DNA of 63,262 bases, counting the filler, from Streblomastix strix (lineage: Eukaryota), in the NCBI GenBank assembly GCA_008636045.1. It is 3 parts of 3 records of this genome, joined end to end, with 100 filler letters (N's around TTAATTAATTAA, not from the genome) between each part and the next. Parts side by side here need not be neighbours in the genome. Positions count along the whole stretch, not along the records: positions 21,176 to 42,185 come from SNRW01000401.1; positions 42,286 to 63,262 come from SNRW01000402.1; 1 more part is not named here. The stretch is one strand, 5' to 3'. Positions 38,971 to 59,755 of this stretch are shown one piece after another. Numbering within the stretch: position 1 is the first letter of the stretch; every line of letters starts with the position of its first letter. A program made the translations under genes and the position numbers. The notes beneath the pieces were generated by a model. It was given only the letters and a program-made list of their open reading frames with translations. It had not been told where the DNA came from and did not search any database.

Positions 38971-40977
38971 ATGACAGTTACATAACTCTGTGTGCATCAT
39001 AGTTATTCCAATATTACATATACTTATTATTTATTCAGTTTAATTACCTGACTGTATTCTAGGACAGTTTGTATTCATTTATTATTACGATTATTTTAAT
39101 TTCATTCATTTCAATTTGCAGAATATTTTCTTAATGTGATGGGAATACTCTTATCGCTGTAAAAAATACATGTAAGAGCTTATTTGATTCTCTTAATGAT
39201 AATGAGTATTTTCTTTTCATTTTTACTCACTCAAAGTGAAATTTTTTTTATTTTAAGTTTATTTTGGAGAAATGCATACTTAGATGAATTCAAAAATGTC
39301 TTAAGTTAGAAGATAATAGACACTAAATTGGTTCGTAATTCATATATATATGAAGATAAGATTGTGTAAATCAATCGGAGAGGTTCAAAAAATCATGAAA
39401 TTCTGTTACCTCATGATCAGTAGTCAAAATTCATGTATGAATTATTATATCTATTTATATACTAAATATATTATTTATCTGTTTATATTTTAATCAAAAT
39501 TTTACTTTACTCAGATCGTACAAGTCAATGTAGTATCCAAAATATTATTCTTTGCAACAGGAATTTCAAAGAAGGAAGATTTTTAAAATTAAATTTATAT
39601 AATTAATTAAGATAATTTCTTGGATTGTCATTATGTGTCTATATATCTTATCAATTGCTTTAGTTCCTCTTGCAGTCCATGATACAACTAATGGAGTGAA
39701 TACTTTTGCATTCTTTACACGTGGCTTCACAGTTAGTTCTATCCTATTTATTGGAGCAGTTATTTTACATGTAATAATGATTAGATATTACACTACAGGA
39801 TTTACTCATACTGATGAACAATACCTATAATTAACATTTATTGATTAAATTAAAGGAGAAAAAGATAAATTTATTGCAGATACTTGTTTATTTAAGAGAG
39901 AAATTGGAATCACAATAATTAATATTGTTACATAGATAATTCTTGGGATACTTATGGATCTCCCATTACTTACAGATTTATCAGCACAGTTTGAAGATAT
40001 TTCGTTTATTATTGGGATCCAGCACTTAATTTAAGTAATGATTCTTTTATTGTTATTGAATATAATTCATTATGTGGAAAAATTCAAATTCATAATAAGT
40101 AGTTTAATCTAGATATTATTCTTGAATGGAAATTTTGATAATATTGACTAAAATGAAACTCCACATGTTAATAACAACAACAATAATAATAATTTAAATG
40201 CTGATCATATTAAGAAATATTTCTTTATGTGGGATAGTCCACATTTCATTCGTGATATTTGGTTTGGATATAGACTTGTATTATGTGGTGCTGTATTTTG
40301 CTAAATAATGGGAAGCAGAACAGATGTTGGTATACACATATATAATTCTTTGATATAATTAAATATAATTCATTTATTCATAATTTATTTATTCGTAATT
40401 TATTTTTTTATAATCAGTCTATAATCCCATACCTGACCTATTAACTATTCCAATCTTCGTTATCTTATTGTTTGAAGTTGTTATTCACTTTATTTCATCA
40501 GTTTTAATCCTTGCATTAATATTAGTTTAAAAGTATAGGACTAGCAAAAAGAAGATTATTTTAATAATAAAAATTTTCTCATCAGCAGTTGGAATCTTGC
40601 TAATATGGGCAGCCATTTAGATATCAGTAATATGTATTGAAATGATTAATATAGAATACTTAAAAAACGATATTGTTCTAATTGATAGCTTTAAGATATA
40701 TTGTCTTCTATTGCTCCCATCACTAGTTATATTTGCAATTTGGACCTTGTATTGGATCTTGAGAAGTGTATATTATATAAATAGAAGAAGAAATAGATTT
40801 TTGCATCTAAAGGAAAGATAATGGAATTCATAGTGGTTAATAAAGTAACTTAAATTAGCCAAAAAAACTCATAGTATTGAAAATTAGTAAAATTAGAATA
40901 TATGAGTTTAAATTAATTCAGATAAGAGAAGTTATTATGAATAAATAGATTTAAATCTTAATAAATTGGTCGTTTGA
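38971..40977 (+). CDS. F-box domain multi-pass membrane protein
   Basis: Spliced N-terminus MTVTQLFQLPDCILGQIFSQCDGNTLIAVKNTCKSLFDSLNDNDLFWR is an F-box. It is followed by several TM helices. First TGA at 40903; coding-like sequence continues to TGA 40975-40977, so the end is ambiguous. Confidence 0.75.
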
Positions 40978-41219
40978 AGACGTAATATAATGTTTTTTTC
41001 TTTTTTGTTAATCTTAAGTTATATATATGTATTTTCTTTGATTTCTTATATTTTATAATTATTAATATTTTATTGAACAACTTTTTATCTTTTTTTTCTT
41101 TATTGAGACAAATCTCAACATATTTGATTCATATTTTTATATTTCATCCTATTTTTTCTTTTTTATAATTTTGAATCACGTTAAATGTAGTCTTACACAT
41201 TTTCTGTTTACGATTAATA

Positions 41220-42185
41220 CAGGCGGACAAAATAGGCATAATTTAATAAAAAGTCGCATAATTATGGCAAATTTTGGTTATGGGTTTTTAAAAAATTCAT
41301 TCAAGTAATTTTTATTACAATAATGGTTATGTAAACACGATCGAAAAATTCAAAACAAGGTAGTTAAAGGAGACAACAGGGCTTTGGACTTATGGAACTA
41401 TTAGTTGCTTACCTTTTACTTCATCCAGGCCAAACTACCATCACATCAAGAGAATTTGGGATCACAACACAATAAACTTATACAATTGTACGTTGTTATT
41501 GCAGATAAACAAGTTTTAAGATCGATAGTTTGCGCATGCCGTCGTACATTACTCGGGAAAAGGAATTGCGTTTAGCGCAGAGTATTCATCAGAGGATTCT
41601 AAATCGCGAAGCTCTAACTGTTGATGATGTTCGTTAGGAGATAATAAACCAACATATACAAGAAAGAAGAAATGCTTCTGCAAGAGCAGAAAAATTGGGG
41701 CTGTTTTCATTAGTCAATGAATTTCGTTCATGCCTTCCAGACCCTTCATCGCAGTACGTATTTAACTTCGTTCATAGGCACAACATAACGTTCTCATTGT
41801 AGCAATGTTAAGATTTGAGAAGATTTGAAGCTTCTTTTTCTTCGAATATAGATTAATGGTTCCGTTGTGTGTATTAACCAGCAATTTCAACTGGAGTTAG
41901 AGCTCGTTCAGTCTTTGACATGAATGAGACAAGTGTAAATTGGGACATATAGTAAAGAACAGCAAAATAAGTTGGTACTAGAATAGGAATTTGCATACCT
42001 TCCGATAATGTTGCAGGTCATATATCTATGGTTCCAACTATTTCCCCTGGTTCACATTAACCTCCAACTCTATTTATTATAGGTTTACTGAAGAAGGTTC
42101 CTGATACTCTTCTCCAATTACCGGCTGCAGAGGATTGTTAGTTTGAAGTATCTGACAGCGGATTCATGAATATGCAACTGTTCAG
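41220..42185 (+). mobile_element. pogo/Tc5-like (DDE_1) DNA transposon, left end and 5' part of transposase, truncated by gap
   Basis: TA-CAGGCGGACAAAA candidate terminus at 41218-41232. ORF from ATG 41323 stays open with TAR=Gln to the gap: YVFNFVHRHNITF, VFDMNETSV, HISMVPTISPGSHQPPTLFI, SDSGFMNMQLF. Confidence 0.8.
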
Positions 42186-42285
42186 NNNNNNNNNNNNNNN
42201 NNNNNNNNNNNNNNNNNNNNNNNNNNNNNTTAATTAATTAANNNNNNNNNNNNNNNNNNNNNNNNNNNNNNNNNNNNNNNNNNNN
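42186..42285. other. Artificial contig-joining spacer (44 N + TTAATTAATTAA + 44 N)
   Basis: Same 100-nt structure as 21076-21175. Confidence 0.97.
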
Positions 42286-42558
42286 CAATTAAACCAATGA
42301 TTACTACACCAGCATCACTCTTAATTCTGATATTATTCTTTATTCTAAAACTATCAATCTTTAAAGCACAGTTCTTATTAATATTACTAATTATTGATCC
42401 ATATTAAAGCCACAATTTTTTACCTAAATTTCTTTAATTAAATATGAATTTTTTTATCAATACTATTTTTTTAAAAAAATAATTTACTTTTTATTTAATT
42501 CATTACTGCATTTATATTGTATCTAAATTATAATTTCTAAACATCAATCCAAGATTCA

Positions 42559-49183
<6,625 letters not shown>

Positions 49184-49345
49184 TTTGTTAATTATGTATA
49201 TCTATATATAAATTTTTAATGCATTTATTCAATAACCTGTTATTGTCAAAATAAAATATTTCCAATTTTTCATTATAAAATAGAAATATTATTTTAAATA
49301 TATGATGTTTATTATTATACCAACTGAAAAATAAATGAAGTTATA

Positions 49346-52300
49346 TCAATTATTAAAATTTGCTTTGAATGTTTCAGTCTAACCTATATCACTGCAATCT
49401 TATAAATCTTAACTCATTGGTTATCTTGATGTTGCTCTAGAATTTGCCGCTACAATCTTTTCAGCTTCTGATTTTACTACTGCAATTAATACTACCTATT
49501 TTGCATTAATCAATTCTTACATTTATGAAGATATTTTACCAATTTCTGAAAGATGGGAAGGAACAGGGATTATGAATATTATGCATATTAAGAATATGAC
49601 TGCAGCTATCATAATAAACAATATAAGGATAGTATCTATGCTATTTTGTCTGAACTCATCTAGAACTTATTGGAAATAATCCCCTATCTCTACAAGTCCA
49701 GCTGAAATATCATATGCTCCAGCCTTTTCATTAAAAAAAATATATAAAGCATTGAAAAATATGTGATAATTTATAAAACATTCATTCTACTAAAAAATAT
49801 ATAATAATTTTTATATTGTAAACCATTGCAACATATTCAAAAGCTTTCGGAAAATCATCATCAGTGAAATCTTCAATCCTTGTCATCCTCATTGTCATGT
49901 CTATATAACGTTGAAGTAGTTCTACAAGGCCAAAGAAAGGCATACTTATCCCTGGAAGACGGCTGTCATCTGAGCAAACTTCATTTATATCATCATCTTC
50001 AGATGCACCTGACACATCAATGAATATAATATTTGGTGATTTTGCACTTTTTTCTTAATAAAATTATTTCTAATCTTTTCTTATTAACATTCGTTTAGCT
50101 CCTTTCCTTATATATTTAATTTACTGCTCATTAGATTAACTCAAATATTCACCTTTATTTCTTTAACTTTACTTCATTTTAGATTAAGCAATTTCTTATG
50201 GGCTTTATCCACTTTTCAATTTTTTTAATGTATCCTCCCTTGTTTATTCTAAATCCATTAGACAATTTGTTTCCCCAGTTAATATCATTTAAATATATGG
50301 CTAATTGCCTTATACCCTTCTATTATTCAATCCATCTAACATTTCATCTCCAATAATAACTCCAGACTATTATCCTCCATGAAACACCTATGTTTGTGCA
50401 TTTAACATTTAAATTAATCTTCCTAATGTATCTCTCAAGCACTCTCTATCACTTATATATGATGAATTTATAATGGCTGGAGTTGTATAGTTTTATGATA
50501 TAAATAGATTTGGAGATCTGTTAAATTCATCTTTCCAAGCATTTTAAATAAATTTGTGAGGTTATTATTAATTGACTTATGATTAAAAGTTTCTATCAAA
50601 ATTTGATTAAGAAAATTCTTCTTGTAAGGGATATAGTTCATTAGTCATAAAGAGTGTACCTAGTTCAGATATTTATATAAGGACAATCTATCTAAATCCA
50701 TTTGCAATTATTAACGCAGAATATGTTGGAAGTTATTCGAGGTAAACTATTGTTAATATAAAAAATGTTGATACAGAAATAATAATAATAAATATTCCCC
50801 AGATCAATCTGCATTATACAGTTCTTGGTATTATACCATTCAGATGCTTCAATCGTTATTTAAGATCTTCTATTCGTTATTCTCTCTATAAATGTTGAGC
50901 TGTGCTCTCTGCTTTAAGAAAAGCATGTGAATATGTCACTTTAATTCCATTTGATTATGTTTCCGATTGAAAATTCTGTAGTCCTGTTTCTGGAATTTAA
51001 TCAACTAATTCAAATTATGAAGCTTAACTAAACTAATTATTTATTAATTACTTTCCGACAAGATTTTCGTCAACATTTAATTATCTAGAAATTGGAATAT
51101 ATGGATATGCAGGATGTTCTGTTGGGGCAAATATTTGTGGAGTTGCATTCTTATTTCCAAAACTCAAAGAAGATTATTATGTTTAAGGAGAAGAAATTTA
51201 ATTCTGATTTAAATTATTTATATCAACAATAAGTTATTGAAATGGAAGAATATTTTTTTATTCTTAATGTAATTAATTTTACTATTATGATTAATCAGTT
51301 TCGGGTTATTCTGTATCTTAATTTAATCCAACATTTTTAATATTAGATGTTTATACATCTTATGATAAAGATGGAGACATTTCTTTTTCGTATTCTTAGC
51401 TTCTTTTCGTATATTATTAATTTGAAGAAATACTTACTTCATCATCTTATTTTAAATCAGGTTGATGTTTTGTAGAATAAAATTATTCGAGTTCAGAAAT
51501 TTCATTATCCTTTTCTTTTCCTTTTAATCTATCTTTCTCTAATTCTCTTCTCATCTTCTCCTTATATCTTCTTTCTCTCTCTAATGTTATTCCCTCAACT
51601 TAATCATATATCTTTTATGCTTCATCTGGAGAAGTTATGCAGAGTTTTAATAGTTTACTCTTACGATTTTTTATTATTTTCATCATTTAATATATCATTG
51701 GAACACACGATGTTAGAATCATTGTAAGTATACACCCAAGAAAACACATACTGAGAATAAGAATACCCAAAGACGCATTTTTTTCCACTATAAATTGAGT
51801 TTAATATATTTTTAATAAATAAATAAAGTAAATAATAATAATAATAATAATAATATATGTCTGAAAGTATAACAAGATACAACAAATTAATAAACCAAGC
51901 AAAGCATACAATTGTTATGAAATATTCTAACTATCATCTTAAGTTCTTCAGCAACAATATATGGGAAGTTAACAGTTGCAGATGATGCAAGTCTATTTAC
52001 ATATGCATCTGAGTGAATACCTTTAATTTAGTCAATCAATTGACTTTCATCAGGAACTATTGTACTTTCTGGATCAAATTCACCAACTCTATGCTCTTCT
52101 AAATATTTAACATATAAAGACAAAGAGTTACTTACTAATTCATATCCAAGGTCTCTACACCAATTAATATGTGTGATTAAATCAAATGATCGAATATGCA
52201 TTTTTCTAATTATTAAATCATCAGATTGTCCTAAATTCAATTATTTTTTAAAATTGTTATTTTATATAAAATTTGTACTTGATTATAATTATGGTTTATT

Positions 52301-55300
52301 TTATGGATTAATAATCTATTAATTATAATATTAATTGTCATTATTTAACTATTAAATATTTATTTTATCATCTTAATTATTATTTTTTGTTTCATTTTCA
52401 TCATTTATAATATTTCTAATATCTCCATATAATAAGTAATCTGATTTCATCCAATACATTAAGAAAGGAGATGAATGAGACATCCAAACATCATCCTATC
52501 CAGAATTTAAATATAATTCTGTTATGTCTTCAGTTGCAATTTAAAGAAATTCATCAGCTTCAGACCAAGATGACTCCATTACTTCAATTCCATTTGCAAT
52601 TACTTTTGATTTGGTTAATATTGCACAATATCTTCCCCAATAATATATATCTAACACTGAATTTAAGTTCTTTCCAACAGATATGGAATCTCTTTCATTA
52701 ATCAGCATATTTACACAAAATTAAAATCTTTAATTTACAAATATAAATGCAAAGATAAAAACACCTGAAATAATTATAAGCCCAATTGTAAGTTATATAA
52801 TTGTTGCCGTCATTGATTAAGATGAATTTTAATCTTAAAAGTTTGAGGATAATTAACTTGCTGTTACTATCCCAGTGCTTGTATATTTACGTTTCTTTAT
52901 TTTGTCTTACATTTATGATTCATTATCTGGATCTAAATTTGTAGATAATTTTGGCAATTAATTTGTTTGAATATCATTTGGATTATTTTAAGGGGTAGTT
53001 TCATTTATAAAAGTTTATTATGATGATTGATATATTTAGTTGATTTCTTTTTTATTTATATTATTTTGAGAAGGATTTATTAATTAATATTAATCTATTA
53101 GTTAAATATTTTCTGATTCTTTATTTCTATTAATTTAATTTTTATCTTATTTTGTTTAGTAGAATTGGGAAAGTGGTTCTTTAGTATTTTTCATACTTGG
53201 TGAAGGAGGAGCTGTTGACTAAGCACTATTTATGGCATCATTATTATTCTTATTCTTATTATCTTCTTTTCCTAAAAAAGGTTTTACATCATCATTTTCA
53301 TTATCATGGATATCTTCAAGAGAATCAGCTTCTTTAAAAAGCAAAGAAGCCATTTCTTCATCACAATATATAAATCTTAATAATGTTGCATATTATCTAA
53401 TTGCAGTTGGATTATCACTATGGTTCTCAAGAACAGCAGAATAGATATCTCTGCTAAGTCCAGCATTCACAACTGTTAATGATGCATGCTACATCACTCG
53501 AGCAACATCAACATTTCTTCTAGTAAGTAATGACCACATCATACTTGCATTTCCACGAGCTATCTCAAAATATCTTTCAGCTTTAGCAAGTTGTGTATGA
53601 ACATAGTATGCATTAAGCATTGGATTAGATCCTTAATTTGTTTATGTATATTAATCTTCTCCACTAAATATTCCTCCTCCATCATCTTCTACATTCTGAT
53701 TATTAGCTTCTATATCTTTAACACTCTGAGCTGCTGCTTCTTTCTCTCCTCCATTTATTATCTTCACTAGTTTAGCCATTTAATCATATTCACTTATTAT
53801 CTTGATTCCTGCACTACTCGCTAACTTCTCTAAAGCTGCTCTTGTTTCATTGAATGTTCCTTAATATTGTTGACTTTATTTTTATTTATTCTTCCATTTA
53901 GAATATTTAATTTTATTATTTTTAATTTCAGATGAATTTGTGTTTAGTTTATTTTAATTAGAATTATTGGATTTTGCATTATCACCTTACCATCCCTAGT
54001 TATGCATCGAGTTCTTATGTGCAACAACAAGTCTCTCAAGTTCTTTCATTGACAAATAAGATATCCATCTATTTGTCCAGCTGGGCTACATCTCATTTGC
54101 ATGAGTCAGTTCAACAGACATCTTAACTGCATCTCCCTGAAAGTCATGAAGAAATAAGCTATAATTTATTCTTTCTTCAGATGAATACATGAATCTTTCT
54201 CTTCTTATAATAGATTAATGAAGTTATGCAACAAAATCAATGATCTCTTAATGAAAGCTGATCTCTGGACAAGTTAGAAATCTAAGCGATGGTTCAATCT
54301 CATCTACTGAATTCCAATGTTTCACAATGTCGTGTATTATTAATGGTGTGTCTGCAACAAAGTCTTCCATATAATAAATAATTTTCTCTGATTATTAATG
54401 AGAATTGCCATCAAGTTATTGTTATTAAATTTAAGTTGAAATTTGGTTATTAGTATAAGTTGATTCTTAGTTCATTTAATTATTAATATTAACACTATCA
54501 AAAATCTAATTATTGAGAGAAATTGATTATTAAAGTGTTTTTATATTATTTTATTAATCGTTTTATTCTGTTGTATTCTGTTAATCAAATTTAGATAATT
54601 CATTTGCAATATTTTCTTTTTTAATGTTAATTTAATCTGTGAAAGAATCCAATTAAGACAACGATTCGAATGGATGTTTAATATTAATATTCTTTTATTA
54701 AAAGTCTTATTTATTTGAATTGTAATCAATAAATTAATTTGGAGCATTTTTCTTAGTAGGAATTTCAGGTATTATATAGGGCGGACGAGGTTTGAATGAA
54801 TATTCTTTGGTATATAATTTATTTATATTATTTAAAGAATATTAAGGTTGTTATTGTTATAATAAAAATGGAATATGATGATCTGAAATTGGAATATTAA
54901 TTTCTTATTGAAAGAAAGGAAATATTGCATTATTAATATTTTGATTTATTCCTCCTTTATTTATTCCAGTTAATATTTTATTTGAATTATTTATAGCTTC
55001 ATTTGAATTAATTTAGTCTTTCTTTTATTCCTTTTGAATGAAATGAGATTATACTTGTTCAATTGGAAGTTGATTGTGAGTAGTTATTTGAAATGATCTT
55101 ATTATTTCCTCTTTTTCAATCCATTCTTTCTTTTTATCATTTTTATTTAATTAATTGTTTGTTTATATACTTTCTTTTCCAAGTATCTTTTAAATACTTA
55201 AACCATACTAAGGTGATAAATTAATTAATGATTTTGTCATGTTCATAGATTAATCTTTAGATAACTAATGTTACATGTTTAAATTTAAATTAGATTTTTA

Positions 55301-56717
55301 CTAGGATATGTTCTTCTCCTTTCTAAAATTATTGTAATTATTTCTTAAATCTTCGTTTTCAATTTATTGAATAATTTCTTTATGATTAATTTTGTCATTT
55401 TCATCATTGTCATCTGGAACATCTTCAAAGGCCAACTAATATTATTAGTATTGTTTTTATCCCAATGATTATTATAATTAAATAATTGGATCTAATTCTA
55501 AATTAAGAGTTTTATTTTCATTCCATCGAGTAATTTTCTTTTGCACTACAGTTCTCACTGGTTTCAGAATCCATTACCTTTCAAATAGAGCTTTTTCAAG
55601 TATATAGCATCCAATAAAAGAAACTATAGGCAGAGAAAGAGCTAATACAGCCATTAATACTATAGCAAGGGGTTTAAGTGGTCCAGCAAAGTATATTGTT
55701 TATCCATCATCATCTTATTATTCAGATCCATTTAATAAAGAAAGTTTCTGAAGTAATTGAAGAAGCAATCCTAATATAGCACCTGATCCACCTGCTCCAA
55801 TACTTCCAGCAGTTATTTAACTTGAATGTTTCTTATACAATGGTTGATAGATGAGGAATGATAATAAAAGAATAGAAAATAGAGTGATATGTATAACGCA
55901 TGTTATAATAGGCTATATATCAATTAATAGGGTGCACAATAATGCATCGACAGATGTTATAGAGAAGGAAAATACATTAAAAAGTCCTTTGCGGCTGTTG
56001 GTTGGGTTGGGAGAACGAATTTATGGCTCAAAGCTAAAGACTGAATAAAAATATCCGAATATTAGCAAGAAAATGAGAGTAATTATGCATAATATCTGTA
56101 ATGCTACTGTGAAGTTATTGTTACAATAAACATGAATAGACTTGCTACGAGGGATAAAGCAAGTAATAGGCTTTGTAAAAAGTACGACTATTGAAGTATT
56201 AATTACATTTGTAATTAAAAATGCCAATATTTATACAATTCTTCGAGCAAGCTTTGGTATTCTCATCTAATTGCGTTATATCACAAAAATAAGAATTGAG
56301 CTTATAATTGTACCAAATACAAGAATTATAATAAGTATTACAAATATAAGCATTGATATTACTGAAGGAGTGAAAAATGAAGGATCAAAGTAAAGTCCAA
56401 TTGTCCGGTATACTTCATAAAATCCTGTATCTTGTATGTCAGTTCTTCGAGATGGTATGAAAAACCAGATAAAAGCAGAAAGAATGCTTATAAAATTATG
56501 CAAAAATTATGGCTGCTAAATTTTCCCCTAATATTATAATGTAAATATATAATTTAAGGAAGTAAAATCAACGTATACAATTTGGAAAACAGAAAAAAAT
56601 GAGAAAATGCTGAGATTGTGTGAAAAATAGAATTATAATTTGTTAAAATTAAATACATTAAGCATACAATTCATCAATCTTATCAAATCTTGCGTAAGAC
56701 AAAGCTTTTTCAGTCAT
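49346..56717 (-). CDS. Large TmcB/TmcC-like membrane protein (N-terminal TM bundle, TPR-like segment, further TM pairs), about 2300 aa
   Basis: ATG 56717, two short 5' introns, TM helices, then QLAKAERYFEIARGNASMMWSLL...RDIYSAVLENHSDNPTAIRQYATLLRFIYCDEEMA (pattern typical of TmcB/C-type proteins, recalled). Further introns at about 51790-51909 and about 49724-49823. No internal TGA; stop TGA at 49346-49348. Confidence 0.75.
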
Positions 56718-57513
56718 AAGAAACAATCTAAATGAGAAATATAGTTAAAAAAGAAAATAGAATATTTCTCTTCGTAGAATTAGTTAATAACGAAAATATG
56801 ATAAAAATTTGTACATATATAATTATAATTTATTGATTTATTATAAAAATATGATTTAACAATCTGTATTAGAAGATATTTGTAAAATAAAACAAATATA
56901 ACTGTAGGATAAGAATTATAAGGAAATTGCATGTTTAATTTATATGGATTTCATTTTACTGTAATATATTTAAATAAATTTTATTTTTTGAAAGATAATA
57001 AAATATGAAGAATAATTTGAATGTTTAAGGTAATAATTCACATTTTTAAAATAAAAATAACCTTGGATTTGAATTTATGTATGATGCTACTTGATAGTCG
57101 TTGATCTTTATTGTGAAAACTATTAAGCATGATGGGGCCTCGGATATTTTGAAACTGTGCTTTTATCGTGTTTTTGTTTCATTTTCCAAATTTTTACAAT
57201 AATACAGTAGGTTTTATAATACATTGGCATCTTACATAAAGTTGTGTGCAGCGTTGGAGCTACACTTCCAAAAAACATGATTTCCAATTGAACATCAATC
57301 TCGAATACTTAAAATTATATTTAGTCTGTTTTTATTTCTAAATTTATGAAATATTTACCAAATCAAACATCTTTTTTTCTGAGAGAGAATATGATAATTT
57401 TTTATTTTTTATTTTGGTAATGCTGCGCTTTGAATTCCTACTATTTTATCATAATTTAATTAAATAATATTTATATTATTTTAATAATGGTATTAATTGT
57501 ATTAGATTACCAA

Positions 57514-59388
57514 ATGAATCTACCGGCAGTGATAATTGGTGCGATATTTTATGCAGGACTTGCTGTTGCGCTTGGCTTTCTATTTGTTTTCTTTATCCGC
57601 TACTTTATTGACAAAGAGGATGCTGGAGATTGCTTTACAACATTCATAACAGTTTGTTCTGATTATTTTTGAACAGACATAGTTTAATTTTAAATTTTTT
57701 CCATAACAATTTTGAGTGGCTAACTTTTGTGTTAACATCAGTAATCATTTTAATGCTTCCATTTGATGTTATTTGTGCACCAGATAGTAAATTATACATG
57801 CCAATTGTATGGCAAATATTTATGATAGCACTTGCAGTCTTGGTTTGAGAATTTAGATTAATTCAAAAAATAAATTTTCTATGATTTTTTTGCCATTTCA
57901 TTATGGATTAGGTTATAATATTGATCCCATTCACAATCTGTTTCTATGAATAAGATGGCGGGTATTTTTCCATTTATAATATTTAGTTAAACATGATTTT
58001 CTCATTATTAATTGTATTTTTTTAGTCTTCTGAAACGTGTTGGCACTGGTTTAATTTGGGCATTCTTCTCCATTGTTGTTTGGCTTGTTCTTATAATCGT
58101 ACTTTGGGCAGTGATAGGCACAGCAGAAGTATCGTTGATAACAAAGAGTAGTTTTGCTGTAGAAGAAGCTGCTAATATTGAAGATTTAATTATTAAAGCT
58201 TCAGAAGTATGTATTTTGTGCGCTATATATACATCTAATTTACTTTTTTATAAATTATGCATATGATTTTCACTTAAAGATGGATACTGAAGTTCCCCAT
58301 AAGCTAATAATCAAAATAAAGACCACACTTCCTGTGTATGCAGTATGTTTCATATCACTGATAGGATGGATCTTATTCTTAATATGGGGAGGATGTGGAA
58401 TGTTTACTCTTCCTCTTGATTTGATTCTAGACTTTGTTTATAGACCAAAGAAATTGACTGCTGCTTAGTATGTATTCTATCTTTATTAGTAATATATTAT
58501 TTACTTGATTAATATATATAAAGTACTTTTATTATTATTTATTCTTTCATTCATTCTATTAGGTATTTATTGTACAAACGTTAATTACTGAATAAAGCTT
58601 AATAGTTGAAAGAATAAGTAGCAATAATGAAAACTGCAGTATCAGAAGAAGCTGCATCATAATCAGAGAAGAAAGAAGGTGTTGTAAAAGAGCTTATTTC
58701 AAGTAGAAGAATGAAACTTACTGCTGATCAAAAGAAATAATTGAGAATATTCCATGAAGATCTTGATGAGATATCTTCAGCTTATGATTAAGTTCGATAT
58801 GTTGAAGACGCAGAACATTATAATGTATTCATTCCCTGGCTTAAATTAATACTTGGTTGTGTATTCCTTCTTTTTGCATTACTCTGGTTACTACAAGTCA
58901 TTCTCTGTTCAGTGCTGTAGAAATATCACTTCGTATCAGATCTCCTTGTTTGGTTGGATAAATATGTACTATTCCTTGGAGCAGGATTATATGCAGCAAT
59001 GATTCTATATATGACACTATCAATATTGAAGGGCAATATTCTTATTGGAACTAAATTCTTCCTCATTTCTCTATATCCAATGAAGAAAGGTGCAACACTT
59101 CCTAATGCTCTACTCTTCAATGGAATGCTATTTGGACTTGCTGCCTTCGCCTTAATCTAGTTCTCTGCTACTGCCTTTGATGAGTATGTGCATAACAGTG
59201 CTGTCAAAGGCCTTTTTGTTACTTAGCTGAGAAACATGATGGGAGTAAAATACGTATTCGAATATGTTAATTACGTATTTCTTGGCATTGTTGTGTTGGG
59301 TATAGTTTTTGCACTAGTAATCTCTGTTTGTCTCAAAAAACACAGAAAACACAAGATAGAGCGCGATACTCGCCTCAAAAGAATCTGA
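57514..59388 (+). CDS. LMBR1/LIMR-family membrane protein, 6 exons
   Basis: IILMLPFDV; IILIPFTICFYE; GWILFLIWGGCGMFTLPLDLILDFVYRPK; ILKGNILIGTKFFLISLYPMKKGATLPNALLFN; IQFSATAFDEY; TGA 59386-59388. Confidence 0.9.
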
Positions 59389-59755
59389 TCGATACAATGG
59401 TTTATTGTCATATTAAATTTTTCTTATCATATCATGGAGATTACAGAAATAAAAACTTAAAAAATATCTTAACCAATCTTTTATATTTTTATGAAGAATT
59501 ATTACCAAGTGAAATCCTTGAATTAAGTAATCTAAGTCTCAAAATCAAAGAATTTGAATTAAATCGATTTATGAGGAAATTTGATGAAATATTTAAAGAT
59601 AAATTTATGCATGCCTTAAATATTTATGATTATGTTATTATTTTTGTACAACTTAAACTTATTTATATCTCTCTAGCTCATCCTTAAATTATTTTATTTT
59701 TTCTTTCTTATTATAATAAATTCGTGTTTTTATATCTGTTTATTTTTAATAGACT

